Of a DNA stretch of 64,000 bases, positions 38,030 to 50,938 are shown in pieces. The stretch is taken from positions 393,514,001-393,578,000 of the forward strand of contig OZ024741.1 in the NCBI GenBank assembly GCA_964016885.1. The letters are read 5' to 3'. Position 1 is the stretch's first letter. Each line of letters begins with the position of its first letter. The position numbers and the translations under genes are program-made. Origin of the DNA: Eledone cirrhosa (taxonomy: Eukaryota). The notes under the pieces are model-generated. The model ran no database searches. It saw only the letters and a list, made by a program, of their open reading frames with translations, and had not been told where the DNA came from.

Positions 38030-38915
38030 TTTACAACTATGACCCAATTCACTTCATTTTAAAGTTTTTAATACTACCCTAAAATAGCTGAAATATTTCC
38101 AATTAGTTTTATACAAAATATTTCAGAAATCACTGGATTAAAATCCTGAATGAAGTTTAACCAAATTGTCACTGATATTCATACATTTTATTTAAACCTT
38201 TTCAAAATCTCAATGTATCAGCCTATAACAAATAATTTTCAAACCGTACAAAGTTTCTTATGTTCTAAATTGATATTTATTGTGCACAAAAGGAATAATC
38301 AACAGCATTGTATTTCATTGAACTGTTTTTCTTGTTTTGTTGAGAGTGTGTTTATTCAAAAATAATTTTCTAAATTATTTTCTTAGATATACTTTGCTTA
38401 TATTTATCAAAATCTTAAAATATATTACAGTATTTTACACTTATTTAGTTTATTTATTCTTCACAAATTATATTTCTGGCATTATCATAATTCAACATGC
38501 CAATATTGACAGCTTTTTCTAAATATATCTGAGTTTAAAGTATCAGACATGAAATCAAAGGACATAAATTGCATTTTTACAATCTGAGGAAATTACGTTC
38601 AATGCCTTACACGGTGTGCTGTTTGTATCTGTTCATGCATAAAACCAAATAAATTTTAACTTTGTTATTATCTATCATAAATAAGTCATTAATTATAGAA
38701 TTATACTTGCTAACACATCATTTTACCTACAATTCCAATTTTTCATCTTAGAGTCAAATATCCCTCCCTTCAATGAAAATACTTTGCTAGCAAGAAAACA
38801 GATGTTAGATGATGATGATAACAATTTGAAATCTTGGAGGTGAAATGATGATTCCCCAGTTACAAAAATTTGTTACTTTACTATTTCTCTATCTTTAGTT
38901 TTTCTGTTCTACACC

Positions 38916-38971
<56 letters not shown>

Positions 38972-39032
38972 TGTCAATCCCATTCCAATTCCACATTCAA
39001 TGTTTTATGTGTATATTATAATTTTTCTTTAC

Positions 39033-39153
39033 GGAATATAGTATTTGACAAGATATTCATCAACAGGTAATTGTTCTTGTGGCGTTTTAGATAGTGGTGG
39101 AAGTGGTGTTGCATCTCTGGAGAAAACGTCATCTTCGTCATTATTGAACATTT
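39033..39153 (-). CDS. SLC24: SLC24/NCKX loop exon (MFNNDEDDVFSRDATPLPP...LPVDEYLVKYYI)
   Basis: tttttcag acceptor, gtaaag donor, 121 nt, phase 1->2, open and compatible with both neighbours. VDE motif as in the NCKX3/4 loop. Confidence 0.75.
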
Positions 39154-39242
39154 CTGAAAAATCAATGGAAATTCATTTAACTTTTCTAAACATTCAATTT
39201 TGAAACAAGCTTCATTTTAAAATTGCATATGGATGTTAACCC

Positions 39243-39580
39243 TGAAGCAAGCATGCTTCCATGGATGTGCACTATTAATGTGTGTGAACAATGAAGTATG
39301 GATGATCTGAGAGAAAAAACTGGGTACAAGAGGAATTAAATGTAGTGTGCAAGAGAGAAGAATGTGCTGATAAGGACATGTGGTGGCTATGGATGATGAT
39401 CACTGGGTGAATAAGTGCCAAAAAATGCCAGTGGAAAGAAACTGCTGCAGAGGAAGATCAGAGAAGACCTGGGTGGAAATGGTGAGAGCTGAAATCAAAT
39501 TACTAAAGTTCACAGAGAAGATGATGAAGGACCATAATGATGGAAGGTGTATTGTGCTGGAAAAGACCCGTCCAATCAAT
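39243..39580 (+). mobile_element. decayed RTE LINE 3' fragment
   Basis: GHVVAMDDDHWV.KC..GRSEKTW. Confidence 0.75.
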
Positions 39581-40435
39581 GCGAGAATATATTTCAATTC
39601 ATTTTAGAAATAATCCAATATTTCAAGTAATTTTAGCAAAACAACTATTTTTTTTTTGTTTATTAAACTAGGGTTTGGAACATAACTTTAAAAAAAAAGG
39701 TTCTTACATTAATGTATAAGGGAAGACATTTCAATACTTGTAGCATATTGATGATAATAAACACAACTGATATGAAAAAATAATTTTATTAGCTATTAAA
39801 CTGAGAAAAATAAAACTCATGCAGTCTGATTTCAGAAAAAAACAAAACAAAAAACCCCGTATATTTTGTGAGAAACCATTTTAGCTGGAACTGCTGGCAA
39901 TTTTTCTCTAAATATTACATTAACCATTTCATTATGTAGAGATATACTACTTATACTTTCCAATTAAATTTGAAAATTATATAAAATTTGAAAGGATTCA
40001 GTAAACTAAATAAATTTGGTGTTAGTAGGCTGGTGTTTGGAACATAACTTATTAAGACATTCTGAGATAAAATTATAATGAGCAGTTTTGATTTAAATAT
40101 GACTATTATAATGAACCATTTTATATAATAAAACTTCAGGCAGTCATAGCTGGGTTGGTATCAAAAAGGTAAACCAAACAAATGTATATGGTATTTAAAC
40201 AATCTATTATGTGTATAAAAAGAATTCTCCGCATTACTTTTCTTCCATTTCTGTGAGGTTCTTGACACTGTTATGAAACAAGTATTTCATTAAAAGAAAC
40301 AAAAAAATATGGAAACCTTGTTATACTCAAAGTATCAATATATCTGATAGTAATTCTTCTGATTAAATTAATTGTGTATTTATTAATCATGGACACACAT
40401 CTGTGTGTATATATCATTATTTTATCTTCATCTAT

Positions 40436-42660
40436 CAGAAATAGTTGCTAAGATGCTAAAAGCATTGGGAGAGGTAAGAGTCAAGCTAGTAACCAGCATA
40501 GTCAATCAGGTAATACAGGACAATGTCGTAGCCATTGACTGGCGCAGTAGTGCAGTGGTAATACAGGACAATGTCGTAGCCATTGACTGGCGCAGTAGTG
40601 CAGTGGTAATACAGGACAATGTCGTAGCCATTGACTGGCGCAGCAGTGCAGTGGTAATACAGGACAATGTCGTAGCCATTGACTGGCGCAGTAGTGCAGT
40701 GGTAATACAGGACAATGTCGTAGCCATTGACTGGCGCAGTAGTGCAGTGGTAATACAGGACAATGTCGTAGCCATTGACTGGCGCAGTAGTGCAGTGGTA
40801 ATACAGGACAATGTCGTAGCCATTGACTGGCGCAGCAGTGCAGTGGTAATACAGGACAATGTCGTAGCCATTGACTGGCGCAGTAGTGCAGTGGTAATAC
40901 AGGACAATGTCGTAGCCATTGACTGGCGCAGTAGTGCAGTGGTAATACAGGACAATGTCGTAGCCATTGACTGGCGCAGTAGTGCAGTGGTAATACAGGA
41001 CAATGTCGTAGCCATTGACTGGCGCAGCAGTGCAGTGGTAATACAGGACAATGTCGTAGCCATTGACTGGCGCAGCAGTGCAGTGGTAATACAGGACAAT
41101 GTCGTAGCCATTGACTGGCGCAGTAGTGCAGTGGTAATACAGGACAATGTCGTAGCCATTGACTGGCGCAGTAGTGCAGTGGTAATACAGGACAATGTCG
41201 TAGCCATTGACTGGCGCAGCAGTGCAGTCATAAATTGCTACAAGGGCAAAAGTGATACTCTAGAAAGCAGCAAATACAGAGGAGTAAAACTAATGGACCA
41301 AGTTATGAAAGTGACAGAAAGAGTTATAGCGCAGCTAATTAGGGAAAGAGTCAAAATAGATGAAATGCAGTTTTTTTTTAATGTCTGGGAAAAGTACTAC
41401 AAATGCCCTCTTCTTAGAGAGGCAACTACAAGAGAAGTTCCTTGCCAAGAATAAGCCACTATATTTGTTGATCTAGAGAAGGCCTTTGACAGAGTACCTC
41501 AATCTATTATCTGGTGATCATTAAGAAAATTAGGTGTAGAAGACTGACTTGTGAGAGCAGTGTAAGCTATGTACAGAGGAGCTGTCAGTAAAGTGAGAGT
41601 AGGAAGTGAGTTTAGTGAGGAATTCAAGGTACAGGGAGGAGTTCATCAAGGTTTGGTTCTATGCCCACAGCTGTTCATCATAGTCCTCCAGTCCATAACA
41701 GAGGAGTTTAAAAATAGCTGTCTATGGGAACTTCTCTATGCAGATGATTTGATCCATATAGCCAACCAAATCCATTAAAAAATAGAAAATAAGTTCTGCC
41801 TATGGAAATGGAATTTGGAATCAAAGGGTCTGAGGGTAAACTTAGACAAAACTAAAGTGCTAGTGAGTAGGGAAGAAGATAGGACACTGATCCTTTCAAG
41901 GATGTGGCCCTACTCAATATGTAGAAAAGGAGTAGGCGTAAATTCCATACAATATACACAATGTAAATATGGGTAGACTAACAGGAAAGGAAGACTTTGT
42001 ATGTAGAAGAGCATCAGTGATATAAACCTCTTTAAGTTACAGGAAGGGTCCATAGAAGTGGTTGGTAACTTCTTCTATCTCAGTGGCTTAATTAGCAGTG
42101 GAGGAGGGTGTTCTGAGAGCATAATAGCTAGAATAAAGATAGGATGGAAGAAGTTTAGAGAGCTAGTCACTGTTGACAAGAAAAGGTTTCTCCCTACATT
42201 CAAAAGGATGACTGTATGATGCTTCTGTGCAAAATGCAATGCTGCATGGTAGTGAAACATGGGCAGTGACTGCAGAAGACACATGTAGACTGGAGAAAAA
42301 TGAAGCAGCCATGTTTCATTGGAAGTGCAATGTAATGTGTGAGGAAGGTAGATCTTGGATGAACTGAGGGAGAAACTGGGTTTAAGAGGAATCCGAGGTG
42401 GTGTGCATTGGTATGCACATGTGATGAGCATTGATGATGACTGATGGGTGAAGAAGTGTCAGTTGATTTCAGTGGAAGGAAGTCGCAGTAGAGGTAGATC
42501 AAGAAAGACCTGGGCAGATGTGGTAAGAGCTGATCTCAAATTGCTGAGACTCACAGAGGAGATAATGAAGAAATGCGATGAGTGGAGAGATGCTGTGCTG
42601 AGAAGGACCCTTCTAACCAATACAAGCAAAAAAAAAAAAATGGACGTAAAACTGATGATT
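40436..42660 (+). mobile_element. decayed RTE LINE (RT region to 3' end) carrying an in-frame tandem expansion
   Basis: YRGVKLMDQVMKV, DLEKAFDRVP, LLYADD, GRSRKTW and a GAT tail. Multiple stops. Confidence 0.9.
40510..41229 (+). repeat. 48-bp minisatellite, 15 copies, inside the RTE ORF
   Basis: GTAATACAGGACAATGTCGTAGCCATTGACTGGCGCAG(T/C)AGTGCAGTG, encoding VIQDNVVAIDWRSSAV. Confidence 0.97.
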
Positions 42661-42869
42661 ATATATATATGTATATGAAAATGTTGAAGGCCGCGATGGC
42701 AGAGCTCAAGCCGTTTCGACGTATATATACATCGATACAAAATTAGGTTAAATTCACATTTTTGTTGTGAATTAAACCTAATTTTTTATATTACAACTTG
42801 TCCCTTGAACTGAGTGCTCTACCAACTTTGGATACAAAACATCTTACATACATATATATATATACATAC

Positions 42870-42914
<45 letters not shown>

Positions 42915-42952
42915 GTGAAAAATTGAACATACATACATACATATATACATAC

Positions 42953-42983
<31 letters not shown>

Positions 42984-43009
42984 GTGAAAAATTGAACATA
43001 CATACATAC

Positions 43010-43058
<49 letters not shown>

Positions 43059-43064
<6 letters not shown>

Positions 43065-45459
43065 AAAATTGAACAGGAACAAAACAGAGAGGCAGTACGA
43101 ACAAATGTTTATTAGTTTCACGCTCTTGAGAGTGGGGTGGTGGTGGGGGACGACGTTTCGGGCATAAGCCCTTCTTCAGGCGAAAAGTGTGTGGGAAGAG
43201 AGTTCCAAGGGTGTGTAGGGGAGTGGGGGAGAGACATTTAGAAAAAAAGGGGTGAGAGGAAACGGTACAAATGAATAAATATAAAAGCATAATAAAAATA
43301 AAAATAAACTTGAAGTAAAACAAGTGGTGGAAGGGTGTGGGGCGTGTAGGGGTGGTAGCGGGTGGAGTGGGGAGAGGGAGGTGGGGTATCCGAGCGGGGA
43401 GGGCTGAAGGTGGTGTGTGTGTATAGGTGTACGTGTGTATGTGAATGTGAGAGTTGGGGGGAAGAACGGGGTTGCATGTTCAGGAAAAGGTGTGTGTGGG
43501 GTGGGGTGTAGGTCGGTGTGTGTGCGTGTGTGTGTGCGTGTGTGGATGGGGAGGGGTCAGAGGGGTGGGGGAGGGGAAGAGAGGATTCCAGAGGCTGAGT
43601 GTGTAAATATGTGGTGGTACGCATGTGTGTGTGGTGTTTATACGTATTGTGGATGTAGGTGGCGTGTGGGAAAAATTTTTTTTTTTAGTGTATGTCCGTG
43701 GGTAAGTTCCTAAGGTAGTTCCGTAGAGGATGTGGTGGGATGCTGGGTAATTTCCTTGTGATGGAGTTGATTCGTGGGAGCAATGTCCAATGTGTGTAAT
43801 CCGTAGTTGGGTTGGTTGGAAGAGGGGAGATGTGGGGTGCGCGCGCAACGGGAAGTGGTCAGAGGGTCAAGGCAGGAGGAGGGTTGTGTGTCTGTGTGTG
43901 CGGAGAGGTGGTCAGAGATTCAGGGCATAGCAGCAGTCGGGGAGAATGGCAGTGTATTAGTGTGTGCGGAGGTGCGGTGGACAGGGGAGAGGATGGGTAG
44001 GTGTGAAAGGTAGAGTGGGGAGGGTGTGTGTATTAGTAGAGGTATTAGTGGGATGTGTGTGTGTGAGAAGGGGTGTGGGTGGAGCGGGGAGGGGGAGGGG
44101 AGAGAAAGGTGTGGGGGCCGGTGGAGGGAGTGTAGTGTACTGGTGTGTGTGTGTGCGTGATAAGGCGAGAGGGGGGAAGAAAGGAGGGATGTTAGTATTG
44201 TTAGTTGGGGAAGGGTGGTCGGGTGTGGGGTGGGGGTGTTAGTATTATTAGTTGTGGGGTGGGTGGTGAAAAGGAGGGGTGTGTTAGTGGTGTTAGTGGG
44301 GGATGTGTGTGTGTGTGTGTGGGGGGACATGGCGGTCGAAGGCTAAAAGGAATAGGGGTGGGGAGTTCAGGCCGGGGGGAGTGTGGGTCTGTAGGGTGAA
44401 GATGGTGCGCTGTTCGACCCTGAGGAGGGTGGCGGGTGTTTCGTGGCATTGGAGTAGGCCACAGACTGTGAGGTGGTGCGGGAAATGTCCAGGGGCGCCA
44501 AAGTGGCGGGCGATGGGGGAACTACCGCCGAGACGAATATCCCGGAGGTGTTCGGTAAACCGGTCCGCCAGGCGACGTCCAGTCTGTCCAATGTAGGTTG
44601 CGCTGCACTCTGTGCAGTGAAGTCCATAGACTAGGTTGGAGGAGGTGCAGCGGAAGGCATGCCGGACAGAGAGAGAGTGGCCGTTGGGACCCTGGAAGGT
44701 GGTGGTGTTGGTGATGTGGGGACAAGTGTTGCAACGAGGCCTGGAACAGGGAAGGGAACCGGGGGGAGGTGGGGGGGGGCTGTGGACGAGGAGGGTGCGG
44801 AGATTGCGTGTGCGTTTGAAGGAGGGGAGTGGTGGGGCTGGGAAGATGTGGGAGATGGAGGGGTCGGACTGGAGGCGTCGGAAGAGGCGGAGGATGGTGC
44901 GGTGGAGGGGTAGGGTGGAGGGATGGTAGGTGATGGGGAAGGGGAGACGGTGGGTGTGGGTGTGTGGTGGCGTGGGGTGAGGGTGGTGGAGCGGTGGACA
45001 GCACGGGCGCGGGTGAGGGCGGTATGGACGAGAGGGGGGGGGGGGGGGGGGAACCTCTGCGGATGAAATGGCTGACTAGAGAAAGGGCTTGGGACTCGTC
45101 AGCATCTCGGCTACAGAGGCGGCGGATCTTGAGGAGTTGGTAGTAGGTAATAGAGTGTTTAGTGTGTGTAGGGTGGGAAGAGGTGAAGTCGAGGTCGGAG
45201 TGGGAGTCGGTGGGTTTGAAGAAGGCGGATGTGATTAGGGAGTGGTGGGAGGGGTCGAAGGCGATGGAGATGTCTAAGAAGTGGACGTCGGTGGTGGAGA
45301 TAGAGGTGGTGAAGTGGAGGGAGATGTGGAAGGAGCAGAAGAAGGAGAGAAAGGAGTCGAGCTGTTCTCGGGTGAGGGTCGTGGTTCCGATACAGTCGTC
45401 GATGTAACAACCGTACAGTTCGGGCGTGGGGCCGGTGTACTGGGCAAAGATTCGGGCCT

Positions 45460-45460
<1 letters not shown>
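43059..45460 (-). mobile_element. GC-rich Penelope-like element (RT C-terminus + GIY-YIG), 5'-truncated
   Basis: Minus strand: CYIDDCIG, FLDISI, KPTDSH, CSRPRCNTC, LVYGLHCTEC..YIGQTGRRLADRFTEH. Long C-rich 3' region. Flanked by (TA)n. Confidence 0.9.
43149..43182 (-). ncRNA. hammerhead-like core in PLE 3' end (stem I not evident)
   Basis: CTGAAGA-AGGGC TTAT GCCC-GAAAC GTC GTC. Confidence 0.5.
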
Positions 45461-45514
<54 letters not shown>

Positions 45515-46343
45515 TAATTTGTTCTACGTTGTTTTGTGATTCATTTATTTAATTTATGAACAGTTGTTTCATAAGGCTTATAGTTGAAATCATTCGGTTA
45601 TTTATTGGCTGGACTTGTGGTATTGTTTCTTTCCTTCTTTGGCTTTGAAATTAATTGATGATGATTGCAGGGTCTCAGCTTTATTGGGTTAATCAGGGTC
45701 CTGGTAGATGAGCATAGGGCTAGAGTTGTGTGCATCTCTGTACCGGGTCAGGTTCAGGTTCATAAAAGGTTTGGGTTGGTGGTAGTTTTTAAAGGTAGTA
45801 CTGGTTATGTGTGAGTTCCATGCGAATTACATAATGAGGTTGTAGTCACTGCAAATTATTATTGTCTAGAAACTATGTAGTCCAATGGTTGCAGCCTGAT
45901 GATGTCAATCATTCCCACACCAGTAATTGATGTGGGTCCTTGGTTGGTTTACTGGGAGGTGGGGACATAGTTAGGACATACATGGTTTAGCTCTTCCTTG
46001 AGTGGCCTGGATCTGGTGATTGGACTCAATTGTAGGTGTATGTTTGGTTGGGTTTGTAGTTAGTACACACACAAAACGTCAGAGCTGCAACAATCAATGT
46101 CAGTGTACAAAAAGACTATCTCTGGAGAAATTGTAAAGTTGTTTGAATGGAGAGTAATTAAAAAAGGGAATGATGAATGAGAATTAAAAAAGGGAATGAT
46201 GAATGAGAATTAAAAAAGGGAGAGTATGATTTGATGTGAAACAGAGTGGTAGGATGGTAGGAGAGTGAAATTGATAGTCTTTTGGAGCTTTTTATTTTTA
46301 AGGTTTAGCAAATTAATAGTATAATATGTAAAACAGTACTTAC

Positions 46344-46462
46344 CATAATCCCCAAAACCCTTCCCTATTGTTTTCATTGCTGTTCCACTTGTGTGGAGTA
46401 ACTCAGTACTTTCTCCACGTCGAAGCTTTGAAGACACATATGATTGTACTCTTGTATTGAAT
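46344..46462 (-). CDS. SLC24: SLC24/NCKX exon, start of cytoplasmic loop (FNTRVQSYVSSKLRRG...GFGDY)
   Basis: atttcag acceptor, gtaagt donor, 119 nt, phase 2->1. Gives M-R-F-N as in NCKX3/4 after the TM segment. Confidence 0.85.
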
Positions 46463-46659
46463 CTGAAATATATCATCATCAGCATCATCACAGTTTAATA
46501 TCTATTTTTCCATGCTTGCATGGTGCATGGGTTAGGCAGATTGTCACATTATGAGACAATTCAGGTTAGGCGACCATGTCTTGCTCATATGGATCTGTAT
46601 TTTGGGTTGGTTTCTATTGATGGATGCACATCCTAATGCCAACCATGTTATATATATAT

Positions 46660-46735
<76 letters not shown>

Positions 46736-47340
46736 GGTGGCTGCCAACTCGTTTTCGAGTACGGCCACTACTTTATATCCATGTAAGAGAACCCCTACCG
46801 ATGCGCTGAACGAGTGTGACGTTTTAGTCCAGCCAGCGACTTGAAAACTCTGGTACAAACACTACACTTGTGACAATTATTGACACATAGTGCTGGGCTC
46901 ATGTTACCATATGACGACAAGTGTAGAGAGATCTCCAGATATAAAGCAATGCCTGTGCCGTGAAGCTTTTATAGTGAGCAAAGGCACTGCACAAAGCCAG
47001 TCCCACTCTCTTAACCAAGATGATATTTACCAAAAAGAAGAAAAAGTCAACATCATTGGATACCATCAGAGTTGCAGGTGTTATATCAGAGTTTTCCTTC
47101 TCCTAGAATTCTGCCTTGACAAAAGCTAAGGGGTCATCTCTCCTGGTGATTTTGGATGGCCATTGACTCTTAAGAGCTCCTTTGGCCTTTGACAGGTTTT
47201 TTTTTTTGTCCTGCAGGATGTCCAAAGTCACCCTCCTCACCAAGAAACCTTGGTGGGGTTGCCAGTTTAGTCGCCAACGACCCGACCATGAGACAGGTTG
47301 TACTGGGATACATGTTACCAGTAGCACCAACTGGTGACCT

Positions 47341-47421
<81 letters not shown>

Positions 47422-47649
47422 TAATTGTTTCTACTTTAGACACAAGGTCAGCAATTACTAGTACATTACTGGTACTTTATTTTATCGACCCCGTAAGGAT
47501 GAAAGGCAAAGTTAACCTCGGCAGGATTTGAACTCAGACTGTAAAGGGACGTAACTATGCTAGAAAGCATGGCGTCCAACCCTCTACCGATACTGCCAAT
47601 TCACCGCCATATATATCATCATCATCATCATTTTACGTCCGCTTTTCCC

Positions 47650-47973
47650 TCCAACTTTGTCTAATTTACTCGTTTTATTTACAATCCTTTAAAATTTATA
47701 ATGGTATTAGAATGAAATAGTATGGTAGAATATTAAATGTTAAGTGTTGATTGAACAAGTAATTCATGCTTTCACAATCAATTGAAAATTGAACACAGTT
47801 GAAAATTGCAAACTTGACTGTCACCACAAAATATGAACCTGAAGATTGCGAAAGCATGAATTACTTGTTCAATTAACACTTAACATTTAATATTCTACCA
47901 TACTATTTCATTCTAATACCATTATAAATTTTAAAGGATTGTAAATAAAACGAGTAAATTAGACAAAGTTGGA
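47650..47973. repeat. ~130-bp inverted repeat with 64-bp spacer, containing a minimal hammerhead-like motif at 47834-47871
   Basis: 47650-47779 mirrors 47844-47973. TGAAC-CTGAAGA-TTGC-GAAAG..CTT-GTTCA. Confidence 0.85.
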
Positions 47974-48022
47974 ATTCCTTTTATTAATATAATCTTCTAT
48001 ACACAATCATACACACCCGTGT

Positions 48023-48097
<75 letters not shown>

Positions 48098-48356
48098 ACT
48101 AAACTACTGAGACATCATGTGTGTGAATAAATTGTAAGTAAGTTTAGATAAATGCATTTAATAAACATCCATTCAGCCTTATTGTGTATATATAAGTCTT
48201 GTACTTATCAATGCCAATGTTTCATGAAAGCAATAAAAACCGATATATCTGAGTTAGTCTGATCAACAATGATTCATGAAATAGGACTGTTGTCTCAACT
48301 TTGACATGGAAACAGCTGTAAATATCCAATAAAATACCCAATAAAACATGTGCATG

Positions 48357-48390
<34 letters not shown>

Positions 48391-49071
48391 AGAAAAGGGG
48401 TGGTAAAATACCAGGTGGACCATAACCCACCAGAGTACTCGATATTTGGGGTAGTATAGGGGATAATATGAAAAGATTCAGGACCCCGACAGCTGTGCTC
48501 CGGCCATTTCGACAGCTAGATCTGTGCTGGGGTGTTTAAGGACCTAAAACACCCCAATACTTGCCAACGCCACTCCCAATCAATTATCTTGCTCTTACCA
48601 TTCACTATTTTCTGTATCTATATATATGCTTTAATTCCTTTAAATCTTCATCAACACTCCTTCACTCCCACAGTCATTAAACCCCCCCCCCCCAGACACA
48701 TCCAAATCTCTCATACATATAGAGTCACACATCACAACACAACCTGATAACAGTTTGACTATCGCCACCGATGAAAGCGAGAAAGTTCTCCAGGAAAGTT
48801 AACCAGGAATCTTTAAAAGAATCTTCTCACCGAAGTTAACAAAGAACTTACTAGATCTAAAAACAAAATTGTTAAATTATAATTGTTTCTACTTTTGGCA
48901 CAAGGCCAGCAATTACACAGTGCATTACTGGTACTTTATTTTATCGACCCCGTAAGGATGAAAGGCAAAGTTAACCTCGGCGTGATTTGAACACAAAATT
49001 GTAAAATTATAATATAAAATTAAATCAAATTGTTTAGAACTATAAGTGAAGTCATTCGTTTCCTTTATATA

Positions 49072-49619
49072 TATATGAATAAATTTAGTCCTTCGTCAGT
49101 GATCTTCCAACCTTCATTGGTATTTCATTGCTTTAAAGACCATATACCTCCGGTTGGTGCGAGCAACAGCTAAAGAAAGTCGTTGGGACACGTAAATAAG
49201 GGGAATGAGTGAGACTGTAAACAATCAAAGATGGTAAGGCAACGAAAAGTCTTGTCTACGATTTCACAGAACTTATGTTCACCGAATTCAGGGACTAGAC
49301 TCCTTCTTCCTCCCGTTTGACCTGTGCGAAATTCTTTCCTTGCTCACATTTCGACTAGGTTTGATGGTCTTTATTCTCTCTCGTCCACAATTTCACAGAA
49401 CTTATATTCACCAATTTCTGGGACTTGACTCCTTCTTCCTCACTTTTCGTTGCATTACCATCTTTGATTGTTTACAGTCTCGCTCGTTCCCCTTATTTAC
49501 ATGTCCCAACGACTTTCTTTAGCCGTTGCTCGCACCAACCGGAGGTATATGGTCTTTAAAGTGATGAAATATCAATGAAGGTTGGAAGATCACTGATGAA
49601 GGACTAAATTTATTCATAT
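49072..49619. repeat. ~175-bp inverted arms around an internally duplicated spacer, probably PLE-terminus derived
   Basis: 49072-49250 mirrors 49442-49619. Each arm ends in CTGA(T/C)GAAGGAC. Confidence 0.8.
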
Positions 49620-50858
49620 GTAACCCATTTGCAACCACGCAGCACGTCTTGTTTTCATATTCACACATATATATATATATATATGTATATATAGGGGTTA
49701 TTCCCCTTGTGATTTCCACACGTGGTTTAACTTACCACCGTATCATTCACTTATTTGGTACAGAGCGAAATACCTGTTGATAACGTGATATTCCTTGTTC
49801 GATCGTTATACACAAAGCTTATATTTTTAAGCAGACTGTATTTTGATTTAGGTGTCACAGAAACTCTACATCGGATTTTAACAGCAATTCCGGGAGTCCA
49901 GGTCTGGTTATCATTTATTTTTTATCATTTATTTTGTTTTGACATGTTTAGCTTGATTTGGTTTTTGGCTTGGGTGGTTAATACCTTCTTGACCACCTTT
50001 TCAGTTTTCTATGGCTTCTTAACACATTGTTTAGCTCTGGTTTTGAACTATTGAGCACTTTGCCAGTATCATTTCTGATTTTTTGCGTTTTGCTTTGCTT
50101 TTCCTGCCTGCCGAAAATGCGATTCTCGCTGAATCTTTATTTGTATATATATATGTATATATATACAGTTTATATGAAGCATTGAGAAATATATGGTTAG
50201 GATTATTTGGGGAATGCCAATACAATGTAAGTTAGAATTATAGGAATGAAAACTAGAGGAAAGTAATACACACAGAACTAAACAACTATTTAAACCTTAC
50301 TCTTAGATTTCTTGATATTTCAAGGTTTTAAAAGAAAAGAAATGATATGTGATGGCGATGATGAGTGGAGTTGTATGCAGGCATTGTGTTCAAAAGATGG
50401 TGACACTCCCAGACATCAGTGTGATAGTCAATTGGATTCATGCCACTCATATCTGCTGTTAATGAGAGGTTTCAATCTATTGATGAGAATAGCCTCTTTT
50501 ATTCACAAGTTTCTGATGTTTTATTCTGTGGCTTCTATGATAACTTGAATGTGACATTTCTGTATGAGATTTTTTGACAGAAGGAACACACATGTGGATG
50601 TATTCTTCGATCTACACATTGTCCCAGAGAAACATCTAGTTCCCCACTATGTCATATTTACCATTCTCCTCCTCCTCCTTATCATATCCATCATGTACAA
50701 CATCTCTGAATCTATATTTTTATAAGGTATTTCTTTATATGCCTTATACTTCATTACCTATTTGATTGCAGTATTTTCCTGTTTAGGAACATCAGTTATA
50801 CATTTTACACGTATTGAGAAATAAAAACAGATGAAATAAATAGAACAAGATTACATAC

Positions 50859-50938
50859 CTCATTAAGATGATGTATAAAGCATAGAGAATTAGCATTATT
50901 ATAGACTCATACCAGGTTACCACGCCATCTAGCACAAC
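50859..50938 (-). CDS. SLC24: Na+/K+/Ca2+ exchanger (SLC24, NCKX3/4-like), first exon seen: VVLDGVVTWYESIIMLILYALYIILM(R), end of N-terminal TM cluster
   Basis: tttttgcag acceptor, gtatgt donor, 80 nt, phase 0->2. Resembles the NCKX D..V.WYE..L..Y..YI..M motif and joins in frame to the next exon. Confidence 0.9.

Noticed and set aside
40405-41454. 349-aa and 241-aa repeat proteins on opposite strands
   Set aside because: They result from a stop-free 48-bp unit inside a dead RTE.
43238-45517. Pro/His/Gly-rich ORFs in the track
   Set aside because: Alternative frames of the GC-rich PLE and its low-complexity 3' region.
48255-48810. Further hammerhead candidates (CTGATCA...GAAAT; CCGATGA...GAAAG)
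   Set aside because: Core mismatches and no consistent stems I and III.
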